Below, one piece after another: positions 1 to 9,452 of a stretch of DNA of 64,000 nucleotides. Below the pieces are notes generated by a model. It saw only the letters and a program-made list of their open reading frames with translations, was not told the DNA's origin and did no database searches. This stretch comes from an uncultured Actinomycetes bacterium. Its GTDB lineage: Bacteria > Actinomycetota > Actinomycetes > S36-B12. The DNA lies in the NCBI GenBank assembly GCA_937875815.1, contig CALFHU010000097.1, positions 1,125 to 65,124 on the forward strand, read 5' to 3'. Position numbers and translations under genes: made by a program. How positions within the stretch are numbered: position 1 is the first letter of the stretch; every line of letters starts with the position of its first letter.

Positions 1-1
1 A

Positions 2-1471
2 AGGCCGGTGGGAGCAACGCTCGTTCATGTCACCAATAAGGCCAGAGGTCTCTCTGCGGAGGGGAGCCGATTCCGCTATGGCTATTTCGAAGTAACGCCG
101 GTTGCTGTCAGCGGCAAGGTGAAACTCAATGCGGTTAATCGGTTGCGACTGCACGACGAATACCTCTACGGCGTTGCCGAAGTATCCAATTCGTGGCCCG
201 ACGCGGCATTACAAGCCCAAGTGTTAGCGGCACGAACATATGCACTGTCCAAAATTGATGCCGGACTTCGGAAAAGTTGTAACTGCCACCTCGATGATGG
301 TTATGGACCTTTCTCTGATCAAGCATTCGCCGGTTGGTCAAAGCAAGCCAGCGCCCAAGGGGAGCGTTGGGTTAACGCGGTGAATGCCACAACCACCGCA
401 CCCAACGTTGGCCTCGCGATTCTCAAAGACGGCAAAGCAATCAAAGCCTTTTACTCCTCATCTAACGGAGGAGCCTCACAAGCGGTTGCGGATGCGTGGG
501 GTGGCGCGGGGCTTCCCTATGCCGTCTCCGTTCCAGATCCATATTCAGTTGACCCCTCGAACCCGGATGCATCTTGGACAAAAGTGATCACTCAAGCAGA
601 AGCCGCACAAGCTTTTGGGGTAGCTGGCGTCTGGCAATTAGCAGTGACTGAGCGGTTTGCGTCCGGTGCTGTGAAAACTCTTGCGGCGACCTTGGCCGAC
701 GGCAGCATAGTTACCAAAACGGGGAATGAAATGCGTAGCTCGCTCGGACTCAAATCAAACTATGTCACCGCAATTGATGGAGGCGCTGGAGTTCCGGTAG
801 CGCAACCTGTCGCACCCGCGCCTGAGGTCCCTGTAGTGGTGGTACCACCAAGTGAGAGATCCGTTGCGTTGCGGACAGCACCAAGAGCAGATCAACCAGC
901 CGGCAAAGCAATGAAAGTGAAAGCCAAAGTTACCCCGGCAAAGAAAGGCTTACGCGTTTGGCTGCAACAACGTGTGGGTGAAGAATGGAAGACCCTCACC
1001 AAAAAGAAGACAAAGGCCAAAGGGAAAGTCACTTTTAAAATTAAAGATCCTTGGCCACCGGCCTCAACCCAGATTTACCGGGTTGTGACCACTAAGAAGA
1101 AGGTTGTGGTTGGAGCTAGCCAAGAACTCGCCATCGGCGTGGTTCCCAGTGTGAAATCTCGCACTGTTGCTTTGAGCAGTCCTGCCGCTGTGAGTAAAAC
1201 TGATCGGAAACGGGTAATCATCAAAGCCAAGATGCGCCCGAAAAAGAAGGGTTTAAAGGTGTGGGGACAAGTATTGGTCAGCGGCGACCCGGCGTCCGGC
1301 GAGTGGCGCACCGTCGGCAAAACCAAGACCAAAGGCAAGGGAAAGATCGTCTTTAAGGTGAAGAAAAAGGAAGTCCCACCTGTTGGAGCTACTTACGTGT
1401 TTCGGCTAGTCGTTGTCGATAACCGCCAGGCAGCCGGTGTGAGTCCGCTCGTGAGGATCACGGTTAACTAG
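2..1471 (+). CDS. SpoIID/LytB-domain cell-wall protein, 5' end probably cut by the window edge, with two C-terminal Lys-rich repeat domains
   Basis: ORF 8..1471 remains open to the window start. Motifs YLYGVAEV..WP..ALQAQVLAARTYAL and FYSSSNGG are typical of the SpoIID domain. Two ~95-aa K-rich repeats are present (..KKGLRVWLQQRV..KGKVTFKIK.. and ..KKGLKVWGQVLV..KGKIVFKVKK..). Confidence 0.8.
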   Translation, partial: RPVGATLVHVTNKARGLSAEGSRFRYGYFEVTPVAVSGKVKLNAVNRLRLHDEYLYGVAEVSNSWPDAALQAQVLAARTYALSKIDAGLRKSCNCHLDDGYGPFSDQAFAGWSKQASAQGERWVNAVNATTTAPNVGLAILKDGKAIKAFYSSSNGGASQAVADAWGGAGLPYAVSVPDPYSVDPSNPDASWTKVITQAEAAQAFGVAGVWQLAVTERFASGAVKTLAATLADGSIVTKTGNEMRSSLGLKSNYVTAIDGGAGVPVAQPVAPAPEVPVVVVPPSERSVALRTAPRADQPAGKAMKVKAKVTPAKKGLRVWLQQRVGEEWKTLTKKKTKAKGKVTFKIKDPWPPASTQIYRVVTTKKKVVVGASQELAIGVVPSVKSRTVALSSPAAVSKTDRKRVIIKAKMRPKKKGLKVWGQVLVSGDPASGEWRTVGKTKTKGKGKIVFKVKKKEVPPVGATYVFRLVVVDNRQAAGVSPLVRITVN

Positions 1472-2141
1472 AACGCAATAATTTGCAGGTTATTTGTTCT
1501 TGGGCAATCAGATTTTCATCGAGGTGATCGGTCAGCACAACGGATCCGCTGAACACAAGTGGTAAGACAAATGGGATAAGCAGATTTGGCAAAACGCTTC
1601 CGGTATCAATGCCAATTCGGTCTTTCGCAGCCACCCCATGGTCTTCGCCCCATTGCAGCGCTTGCTCAACGAGCGCACCGTGCGATGCGAAATATTCCGG
1701 ATACATCCACGAATCGGGTTGACCAAGTACCTCGGCGGTGATCTCGTACTCGCAACCTTGTGGGCGACCCCACACGTCGGTTGACACCCCGTAGACCTCC
1801 CCATCAAAACCAACAGATGCTTCGCTGACCTGAGCAGCGGCGACAATGGCGATATCGGCATTTGCCGACACCAATTGCGCTCCGGCTATCAGTGTGGCGG
1901 CCTGCCAGATGCTCTGTTGCCAGCTCCAGCCAAGATCCACGCGAACTAAAGCTCCTGGTTCAACGTCAAGCAGGTCTCGCAGGGCATTGGCAGCTTTTGC
2001 GGCGCCGTTTGTAAAAGTGGTAACCGAAAGTTCAATGCGCCCACTATCGACGAAATTTGTCGTAATGAAAGGCTGCTGTGGATCGGGAAAACCGGTGAGC
2101 AGTTGCCAAATATCTTTTGTTCCAGGAGTCTTCACGCACAC
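1464..2141 (-). CDS. Conserved actinobacterial hypothetical protein, TIGR03089-like (AMP-binding-enzyme-related)
   Basis: Track ORF is 1464..2237. Its N-terminus overlaps divergent manC, and GTG codons at 2141/2135 give a more plausible start. The ..PFITTNFVDSGRIELSVTTFTNGAAKAANALRDLL.. pattern and the position beside manC match this family. Confidence 0.6.
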   Translation of the reverse strand: MCVKTPGTKDIWQLLTGFPDPQQPFITTNFVDSGRIELSVTTFTNGAAKAANALRDLLDVEPGALVRVDLGWSWQQSIWQAATLIAGAQLVSANADIAIVAAAQVSEASVGFDGEVYGVSTDVWGRPQGCEYEITAEVLGQPDSWMYPEYFASHGALVEQALQWGEDHGVAAKDRIGIDTGSVLPNLLIPFVLPLVFSGSVVLTDHLDENLIAQEQITCKLLRSS

Positions 2142-2179
2142 GATCGTACGTCGCAAGGCTCTTATGGCAAGGTGACCCC

Positions 2180-3256
2180 ATGCGCGAAGCAATCCTTCTC
2201 GTTGGTGGCCAGGGAACCCGACTGCGCCCACTAACAATCAACACGCCAAAGCCGATGCTGCCCGTTGCCGGCGTCCCGTTCACCGTTCATCAGATTATGC
2301 GGGCACGAGATGCGGGGATCACGCGGATTGTGTTGGCCACGAGCTACCGCGCCGAAATATTTGCTAGCTTCATCGCAGATTCAGATTTAGGAATTGAAGT
2401 CGTGATTGCAACCGAAGAGGTTCCTTTGGGTACCGGGGGAGCGATTCGATTTGCTTCCGGGTTTCTCACAGGTGGCCCCGAAGATCCCGTGGTGATTTTT
2501 AACGGTGATGTCCTTACCGGTGTGAACATTGACGCACTGATCACAAACCACGAGGACACCTCTGCCGACGTCACCCTGTACTTGACAAGGGTCGCAGATC
2601 CCCGCGCCTACGGCTTAGTACCCACCTCGCCTGACGGTCGGGTCCTGCAGTTCCTCGAAAAACCGCAAACCCCGGAAGAAATCGTGACCGACCAAATCAA
2701 TGCGGGTTGCTATGTCTTCACTCGTTCGGTGATTGATTCAATTCCCGAAGGCAGGCCAGTTTCGGTGGAGCGCGAAATCTTCCCTGCTCTGTTGGCCGCG
2801 GATCGCGCGGTCATGGGAGTCGTTGATTCTGGATATTGGCTAGATCTTGGCCAACCCAGGGACTTTGTCGCTGGATCCGTTGATCTGGTGTTAGGCAATG
2901 CTCCTTCGCCTGCGGTCACGAAGCCGGGTGAGTCGCTGATTCTTTCCGGCACCACGATTGCGGCTTCGGCGAGCATTTGCGGGGGCACCACAATTGGCAG
3001 AGGGACGAAGGTCGGTGCCAACAGCGAAGTTCGGGCAAGTGTGGTCTTTGACTCGGCATCCATTGGATCCAATGTGAGTATTACCAACAGCATTATTGGA
3101 CAGGGCGCAATGATTGGCGACTCGTGCGTTATTGCTGACAGCGTTGTTGGGGACTTCGCCCAGATCGGAGCTGGGAACGAATTGCGCAATGGCGCAAGGG
3201 TCTGGGTTAATGCCGAACTTGGCGAGCTAGTTGTCCGTTTTTCCTCTGATAAATAA
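2180..3256 (+). CDS. manC: Mannose-1-phosphate guanylyltransferase (Rv3264c-like)
   Basis: Track ORF is 2117..3256, with the start refined to ATG 2180. MREAILLVGGQGTRLRPLT is the nucleotidyltransferase glycine-rich loop. The C-terminus carries hexapeptide beta-helix repeats. Confidence 0.9.
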   Translation: MREAILLVGGQGTRLRPLTINTPKPMLPVAGVPFTVHQIMRARDAGITRIVLATSYRAEIFASFIADSDLGIEVVIATEEVPLGTGGAIRFASGFLTGGPEDPVVIFNGDVLTGVNIDALITNHEDTSADVTLYLTRVADPRAYGLVPTSPDGRVLQFLEKPQTPEEIVTDQINAGCYVFTRSVIDSIPEGRPVSVEREIFPALLAADRAVMGVVDSGYWLDLGQPRDFVAGSVDLVLGNAPSPAVTKPGESLILSGTTIAASASICGGTTIGRGTKVGANSEVRASVVFDSASIGSNVSITNSIIGQGAMIGDSCVIADSVVGDFAQIGAGNELRNGARVWVNAELGELVVRFSSDK

Positions 3257-3260
3257 TTTC

Positions 3261-4631
3261 TTAATCAAGCAGGAAACCAACCGCACTTTTAGGCGGGCGC
3301 TGGCTTGGGATTGATTCTGGGACTCCAATAGCGACCGCGCCAAGAGGCAAAAGACTGCTGTGTAGACCCAAGTGATTGCGCACTGTTTCAGCACAAAACA
3401 GCGTTGAGGAGATCCAAGCCGATCCGTAGCCTTGGCTGCTGACACTGATGAGAAAGTTTTCTACTGCAGCACCACCGGCGACAAGAAACATGTCTCGTTC
3501 ACTGTTGTTGCGACCACCCGCTTCGGGGTAGGTGTGCGCGCCGGATGCAAGGTCCATGAACGCAAACACGACACATGGCGCAGTACGCAAGATGTCACCT
3601 CTGGCAATGCGCTTGGATACTTCGTCTTGTGATTTTCCTTCAGCTTGCAAGTCGCGCTGCCAGGTTGCAGCCATGGCGTCAAGTAGTGCGATGCGTTTCT
3701 GCTGGTGCTGTGGGTCGTTGAAATGGAGAACCAGAAATCTCCAAGGTGTGGTGTGATGCGGTGCGGGCGCAGTGACTGCGGCCTCTATTGCGGTCTGGAT
3801 TACACCCTGGGGGACTTCAACATGCGTGAAACTGCGAATAGTGCGGCGATCGGTAATTGCCCGCTCTTTCCCAAGCGCAATTGCTTCAGCAGTACCAAGG
3901 GAAAATAGGTCTTCTTCGGTCGGGCGAATGATTGAGCGCGCGCCAGGTCCGTGCTCTTGGGTGACGAGGTGGCCCAGCCCCCGAACAATTGCGAAAGGGG
4001 TTAAGGAGTCCTTCGGCCTGACTAATTCACTCGCTGCCGCGATTTCATCTGCCACGGCTACGATGGTCATTTCTAAAGCGCGGCCGAAAGCATCTGGTTT
4101 ACCGGTGAGGTCGTCGAGTACGGTGATTCCGGCAGCGCCGATTGCGTGATCGGTCACGCCCAGGCGCCAAGCACGCCCGAGTGTGTCGGTGATGATTACA
4201 CCAATACTCACCCCCGCACGCTCCTCGATTTTCTCTCGAATTCCGCGCGCGCTGTGATCTGAGTCAACGGGCAGCAACACGATCGTTCCCGGTTCGGTGT
4301 TGCTGGCATCAACTCCCGCGGCTGCGAGAATCAAGCCGGCGTGGGTTTCAACAATCGTGGTTACACCTCGATCGTGAACTTTTGTTGCGACCACGCGCTT
4401 GGCCTGCGACCTAATTGCGGATTCGCGGTCATTGGCTTCGGTGACCACGCGCCCCTCGCATTTAGCGACCACTTTGCTCGTGATCACGATTATGTCCCCG
4501 TTGTGCAAGGTATTCGTGGGGCTGAGGGAATCAAGGAACATAGCGACCAAGTCATCTTGTGATGTGAATTGGTGGTCGGTTGGTATCCCGAAAACCTGAA
4601 CGACCGCAGATGTGTTCATCGGAAATCGCAC
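3261..4631 (-). CDS. fbiB: Bifunctional F420 gamma-glutamyl ligase / nitroreductase-like protein FbiB
   Basis: N-terminal CofE-like domain plus a C-terminal nitroreductase-like domain (..DRRTIRSFT..). GTG 4631 abuts the fbiA stop; an alternative ATG lies at 4619. Adjacent to fbiA, as in mycobacteria. Confidence 0.9.
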   Translation of the reverse strand: MRFPMNTSAVVQVFGIPTDHQFTSQDDLVAMFLDSLSPTNTLHNGDIIVITSKVVAKCEGRVVTEANDRESAIRSQAKRVVATKVHDRGVTTIVETHAGLILAAAGVDASNTEPGTIVLLPVDSDHSARGIREKIEERAGVSIGVIITDTLGRAWRLGVTDHAIGAAGITVLDDLTGKPDAFGRALEMTIVAVADEIAAASELVRPKDSLTPFAIVRGLGHLVTQEHGPGARSIIRPTEEDLFSLGTAEAIALGKERAITDRRTIRSFTHVEVPQGVIQTAIEAAVTAPAPHHTTPWRFLVLHFNDPQHQQKRIALLDAMAATWQRDLQAEGKSQDEVSKRIARGDILRTAPCVVFAFMDLASGAHTYPEAGGRNNSERDMFLVAGGAAVENFLISVSSQGYGSAWISSTLFCAETVRNHLGLHSSLLPLGAVAIGVPESIPSQRPPKSAVGFLLD

Positions 4632-5639
4632 TTAGTTTGCGAGCACCAAATCAAGGGCCGAGTTGGCCATTGCACCGGCAGCATCAACGTCGGTCATGAG
4701 GAGCGGAATTGCGCGAGCGGTGATCCCCAGGTCTTCGATCTCGCCCAAAGAGTCGGCATCCGTGTGATCGATCAACCAATAGTCTAAAAGTCCACCATCA
4801 GATCTTGATCCGTAATGCCGCGCAACTGCCGCGGCATTTGTCTCGACGTTAATTGCGCTCAAGCATGCGTCAGCCATGCCGCGTACGGGGGCATTGTTTA
4901 CGATTGGAGACAGGCCAATCACGGGAGCTGAAGTATTGCGAATCGCGTCGGTCACTCCAGGGATGGCAAGGATCGTGCCGATTGACACTACAGGATTGCT
5001 CGGTGGCAAGACGACCAAGTCAGCGCTAAGGATTGCATCGATTACGCCAGGTGCAGGCTGCGCGGTGTCAAGTCCAACCTGAATGAATTCGTGGGCTGGC
5101 AGTTTCGCACCGTAGCGTATCCACCACTCTTGAAAATGTATGGCTACGCGTGCGCCAGTATCCGGATGGTCAACAACAACGTGAGTTTCGCAGCGACTGT
5201 CTGACATGGGAATCAAGTTGATGCCCGGCTGCCAACGATCACAGAGTGCGGTGGTGACTTCGCTGAGGGTGTAACCGGCATTAAGGGAAGTCGTGCGGAT
5301 CAGGTGGGTGGCCAAGTCCTTGTCGCCGAGGCCAAACCAAGTGGGATCGACGCCGTAAGCGGCAAGTTCATCTTTTGCGGTGAAAGTTTCGCCTTCGCGT
5401 CCCCAACCGCGCTCGACACTGATGCCGCCGCCGAGGGTGTACATCACGGTGTCAAGATCTGGGCAGACCCGCACGCCGTGCACCCAAATATCGTCACCAG
5501 TGTTTGCGATTACGGTGACGTCTACTTCCCGGGTCACCTTTTTTGATTGGGTCAGGCCACGAAGAAAGCGGGCACCGCCGATGCCTCCGGCGAGGGCAGT
5601 GATTTTCACGGCGCTATCTTTGCACGACCTGCTTACCAT
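4632..5639 (-). CDS. fbiA: 2-phospho-L-lactate transferase (CofD/FbiA)
   Basis: CofD signature ..VKITALAGGIGGARFLRGL... Track ORF runs to 5678. ATG 5639 is preferred because of a G-rich SD-like GGGGGA about 6 nt upstream. Confidence 0.9.
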   Translation of the reverse strand: MVSRSCKDSAVKITALAGGIGGARFLRGLTQSKKVTREVDVTVIANTGDDIWVHGVRVCPDLDTVMYTLGGGISVERGWGREGETFTAKDELAAYGVDPTWFGLGDKDLATHLIRTTSLNAGYTLSEVTTALCDRWQPGINLIPMSDSRCETHVVVDHPDTGARVAIHFQEWWIRYGAKLPAHEFIQVGLDTAQPAPGVIDAILSADLVVLPPSNPVVSIGTILAIPGVTDAIRNTSAPVIGLSPIVNNAPVRGMADACLSAINVETNAAAVARHYGSRSDGGLLDYWLIDHTDADSLGEIEDLGITARAIPLLMTDVDAAGAMANSALDLVLAN

Positions 5640-5740
5640 GGCGCGTCCCCCGCCATGGGGACAAAAAATTGCAGACACACCGAGATTTGAGGTTTTTTAC
5701 AAGAAATCTCAGAAAATTGCCCTAAATGTCTGTTTTGCGC

Positions 5741-5769
5741 TTGACCTTTGTGAATCACACCCTTGTAAT
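5741..5769 (+). promoter_or_regulatory. Candidate sigma-70-type promoter of whiB (TTGACC, 17-nt spacer, TGTAAT)
   Basis: TTGACC at 5741-5746 and TGTAAT at 5764-5769, about 55 nt upstream of the whiB start. SD GAGGAGG at 5811-5817. Confidence 0.4.
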
Positions 5770-5822
5770 ACAGAGTAGCGAAAGAAAAATCTGTACTGGA
5801 ATTTTGGGTCGAGGAGGAATTC

Positions 5823-6134
5823 ATGGTGGGTGATACGCAGTTCATTGCGCAGGTCGTCACGCAACCGGCGCAAGGAGCCGTGCTGGGCTTGGTGCCTCTG
5901 TCAGACGCGCAGGAGCTGGCGTGGCAGGAACAGGCCTTGTGCGCGCAGACCGACCCTGAGGCATTCTTCCCGGAAAAAGGCGGAAGTACCCGTGAGGCCA
6001 AAAAAGTATGCCTCTCCTGTGAAGTACGTGTGGATTGCTTGGAATATGCCCTCGAGCAAGATGAACGTTTTGGAATCTGGGGAGGCCTTTCTGAACGGGA
6101 GCGCCGTCGCCTGAAAAAACTCGCTATTTCGTAG
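5823..6134 (+). CDS. whiB: WhiB-family Fe-S transcription factor (WhiB2/WhmD-like)
   Basis: Four Cys in the C..C-x2-C-x5-C arrangement (..ALCAQTDPEAFFPEKG..AKKVCLSCEVRVDCLEYAL..) and the GIWGG turn. Strong SD. Syntenic with fbiA, as for Rv3260c. Confidence 0.92.
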   Translation: MVGDTQFIAQVVTQPAQGAVLGLVPLSDAQELAWQEQALCAQTDPEAFFPEKGGSTREAKKVCLSCEVRVDCLEYALEQDERFGIWGGLSERERRRLKKLAIS

Positions 6135-6190
6135 GCACTTCGGCGCGACTGCGCGTGCACTCCAGCCTAGGCTTGTCTGCGTCGTAAGGT

Positions 6191-9100
6191 GTGTCGGTGA
6201 GTGAAATCGGCTTTGAGCCAGAACCGGCGCTTGGCGGGGACCCTCAATGGTTCGACCAAGATGTCAGCTATGACTTCGATGAAGAGCCCATCAGCGAACC
6301 GGTAATAGCGCGTTCGCACTTTGTCACCACGGTTCTCGTCTCCCACAACGGAGCGACCTGGTTACCTGCGGTACTTACTCAACTCGCTCGCACCACCAGA
6401 CCCCCCGAAGTAATTGTCGGAGTCGATGCCCGATCAACAGATACATCCCTAGAAATTTTGACCCAGAGCTTGGGAGCAGATCGGGTGGTGGCCCTAGCTG
6501 AGAACCAGGGTTTCGGGGCGTGTGTTGACGCGGGATTGGGTTTGGTGCCGCGACCGGATTTCCGCGCAGACGCTCGTCCGGCTGACACAATTGAATGGAT
6601 CTGGCTGTTGCACGACGACTGCGCACCAGACTCAACCGCACTGGAGCAGCTCTTATTGGCCGCAGACCGTCACCCCAGCGTTGCCGTACTGGGCCCCAAG
6701 ATTCTCGGTTGGCATGACCGCAGGCTCCTACTGGAAGTGGGCGTGGGCATCACCTCGGACGGTCGGCGGGTAACCGGGCTTGAACGTGGCGAGCATGACC
6801 AAGGTCAACATGATGGTGAGCGCGATGTATTGGCGGTCAGTTCCGCCGGGATGCTCGTCAGGCGCGATATTTTCGATGCCCTAGGGGGCTTTGACCCGGA
6901 GCTGCCGCTTTTTCGCGATGATTTAGATTTGTGCTGGCGGGCCCACCGCATGGGTGAGCGCGTGATTATTGCTACGGGCGCACAAATGCACCACCGCGAA
7001 GCGTCCGCACACGGTCGCAGGCTTGACAATCAGAGCCGCCTGGAAAGCTCACGTCTGCTTCGTGCAGATCGGGAAGCCGCAGTTCACGTGCTACTTGCCC
7101 ATTCCGCTGGCGTAGCCGCAGTTTTGATTGGCCTGCGTTTATTTTTGGGCAGCGTGATTCGCTCGCTGGGGTATTTGTTGGGCAAAGATGCGAGTGCTGC
7201 GGGAGCCGAAATCGGTGCAGTCGTATCTGTAATCCTTCATCCGTCGCGGTTGCGACGTTCGCGCGCACTTGTTGCCGTGACGTCGACCGAACCCGCCTCA
7301 GTCGTTCGACATTTGCGACCGAGTACGTGGGAGCAGATCCGGTCTCTGGGAGAGGCCGCGGCCGGCCTTGCCACAACAAGTGGGTCAACAACTAATACGC
7401 TCAGCGCACTTGATTCGGGTCCAGTCGATGAAGACGCGTCCTACCTGGAAGAATCCTCTGCCGGCTTGTTCAAAAGGGTGCTTCGCAAGCCCAGCGTTGC
7501 AATAATTGTGCTGTTGACGCTCATTGCCGCCGCGGCAACCCGATCACTATGGCTCGGCGAAGGAGTAATCCAAGGCGGGGCGCTTTTGCCAAGTCCGTGG
7601 GGGGCATCGGATCTATGGAACTTCTACTTCCAAGGGTGGCACAATGTTGGCCCCGGCTCGGTAAGTGATTCACCGCCGTATCTTGCGGTGATAGCAGCCC
7701 TGTCAACAATCACGTTGGGCAAAGCCACCCTCGCGGTGAATTTCATGTTGTTATTGGCAATTCCGCTGGCCGGTTGGGCCGCTTACTTTGCGTCGCGGGT
7801 TCTGATCCCGAGCAAGGCGATTCGTTTCTGGGGTGCAGCAACGTACGCGCTTTTGCCAGCCATGACGGGTTCACTTGCACAGGGTCGATTGGGAACCAGC
7901 TTCGCTGCATTTATTTTGCCGTTCGCGCTACGTTCGGGGGTTCGCATGCTTACTCCCGATTCAACGAGAAGGCGCGCGGCCGGCACGGCATTGCTTTTTG
8001 CCTTGCTCCTCGCATTCGCTCCAGCGCTGTGGCTCATTTCACTGGTCTGTGCGGTTTTGGCACTAGCCTTTATCCGCCGAACCAAAGAAGCCGTGATCAA
8101 GGCGGCAATTACATTTGGCGCCTCATTTGCGGCCCTCGTTCCGTGGAGTTTCTCACTGGTACTTAATCCCGTGCAGTTTTTCTTTGAGCCGGGCTTAAAT
8201 TCCGCGACTCTCACCGACCCAGATATTTCAATGGTAGATATTTTCCTGCTTCACCCCGGCGGCCCGGGAATGTCTCCGATCGTGATCACGATCGGGATTG
8301 TTCTTGCAGCTGTGCTTGCCCTCGTGCGCACCGATCGACGTTCGGTAGCTGTTCTTTTGATCACGGCTGCGTGGGTGGGAATACTGTTTGCCCTCGTTCA
8401 AGTTGTCTTTCTCTTCACACCTGCCGGTGCAACAACACAAATGCGCACCTGGCCTGGCCCGGCAACACTGTTTATTGGGCTGATGCTGATTGCTGCAGCG
8501 GCATTGGGCGCGCAGGGATTACGTACCCGGTTTATCGGGCAAAGTTTCAGTCTTGGACAGCCAATCGCGGCGATCGCTGTTCTTGCCGCGCTCGCCGCGC
8601 CATTACTGTCACTTTTGTGGCTTATTCCGGCCGATACCAGCGTGCTGGCCCGTAATTCGCCTGCGACTGTGCCAGCCTTTGTTGCCGCGGATGCATTCGG
8701 CCCACAAGCGCCACGAACACTCATGCTCACGCAACTGCCCGCCGGAAGTATCGAATACACGTTGATTAATGGGGACGGCTTACGTCTCGGAGATGCGGAC
8801 ACGCCCCCGAGTTCGCAGGTGTGGCGCACAATCGATCCGTATGTTGCGGCGCTGGCCTCGGGGCGTGGTGGCGACGAGGTTGCCGCGTTGGGAGGTTACG
8901 GAGTCCGCTATGTGGCACTTGCCCCAGGATCGTCACAGGAAATCGTGCCAATTCTTGACGCTGAGCCCGGTTTGCGCCGGTTATCTAATTCTGACGGCGA
9001 AGTGCTGTGGCGCGTTTCTGGTGTCACTTCGCGGGCCCGCATCACCGATGGGGATATCCAGTCGCCGGTGGGCATCGCATCGCCGGAGGATCTGGGCACG

Positions 9101-9451
9101 GAACCGTACATTGAGCAAATATTGCCCGATGGCACAGGCACTCGCGTGCTCTATATCGGCACAGGCGCTGACTCCCGTTGGAAGGCGGGCGATTTGGGGT
9201 CGGTGGCGACTGAAGGTTTATTGGACTGGTCGGCAACATTTGAAATTCCCGCGGGAAGCCCTGAGGTTCGAGTAGTATTTGACAACTCGTCACGTCAAAT
9301 GTGGCTGCTCGCCCAACTGTTCATTGTGCTCTCACTTATTGTGATTGCATTGCCGTCCCGCACACGAATCGAAGTCGACCCTGATCTTGATATTTCGCCA
9401 GATATCACGCATATGAATGACAACGCAGAGCCTATCCAAGGGCGGGATTGA
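6191..9451 (+). CDS. Family-2 glycosyltransferase fused to a large polytopic membrane domain
   Basis: N-terminal GT-A fold (..VTTVLVSHNG..; ..WLLHDDCAP.. DxD-like). About 500 aa of hydrophobic helices follow, then a C-terminal soluble region. Confidence 0.8.
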   Translation: MSVSEIGFEPEPALGGDPQWFDQDVSYDFDEEPISEPVIARSHFVTTVLVSHNGATWLPAVLTQLARTTRPPEVIVGVDARSTDTSLEILTQSLGADRVVALAENQGFGACVDAGLGLVPRPDFRADARPADTIEWIWLLHDDCAPDSTALEQLLLAADRHPSVAVLGPKILGWHDRRLLLEVGVGITSDGRRVTGLERGEHDQGQHDGERDVLAVSSAGMLVRRDIFDALGGFDPELPLFRDDLDLCWRAHRMGERVIIATGAQMHHREASAHGRRLDNQSRLESSRLLRADREAAVHVLLAHSAGVAAVLIGLRLFLGSVIRSLGYLLGKDASAAGAEIGAVVSVILHPSRLRRSRALVAVTSTEPASVVRHLRPSTWEQIRSLGEAAAGLATTSGSTTNTLSALDSGPVDEDASYLEESSAGLFKRVLRKPSVAIIVLLTLIAAAATRSLWLGEGVIQGGALLPSPWGASDLWNFYFQGWHNVGPGSVSDSPPYLAVIAALSTITLGKATLAVNFMLLLAIPLAGWAAYFASRVLIPSKAIRFWGAATYALLPAMTGSLAQGRLGTSFAAFILPFALRSGVRMLTPDSTRRRAAGTALLFALLLAFAPALWLISLVCAVLALAFIRRTKEAVIKAAITFGASFAALVPWSFSLVLNPVQFFFEPGLNSATLTDPDISMVDIFLLHPGGPGMSPIVITIGIVLAAVLALVRTDRRSVAVLLITAAWVGILFALVQVVFLFTPAGATTQMRTWPGPATLFIGLMLIAAAALGAQGLRTRFIGQSFSLGQPIAAIAVLAALAAPLLSLLWLIPADTSVLARNSPATVPAFVAADAFGPQAPRTLMLTQLPAGSIEYTLINGDGLRLGDADTPPSSQVWRTIDPYVAALASGRGGDEVAALGGYGVRYVALAPGSSQEIVPILDAEPGLRRLSNSDGEVLWRVSGVTSRARITDGDIQSPVGIASPEDLGTEPYIEQILPDGTGTRVLYIGTGADSRWKAGDLGSVATEGLLDWSATFEIPAGSPEVRVVFDNSSRQMWLLAQLFIVLSLIVIALPSRTRIEVDPDLDISPDITHMNDNAEPIQGRD

Positions 9452-9452
9452 C

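Noticed and set aside
5633-6160. 175-aa ORF antisense to whiB and its promoter
   Set aside because: whiB is clearly coding on the plus strand (Cys motif, strong SD). The antisense ORF is Ser/Arg/Cys-rich with no features.
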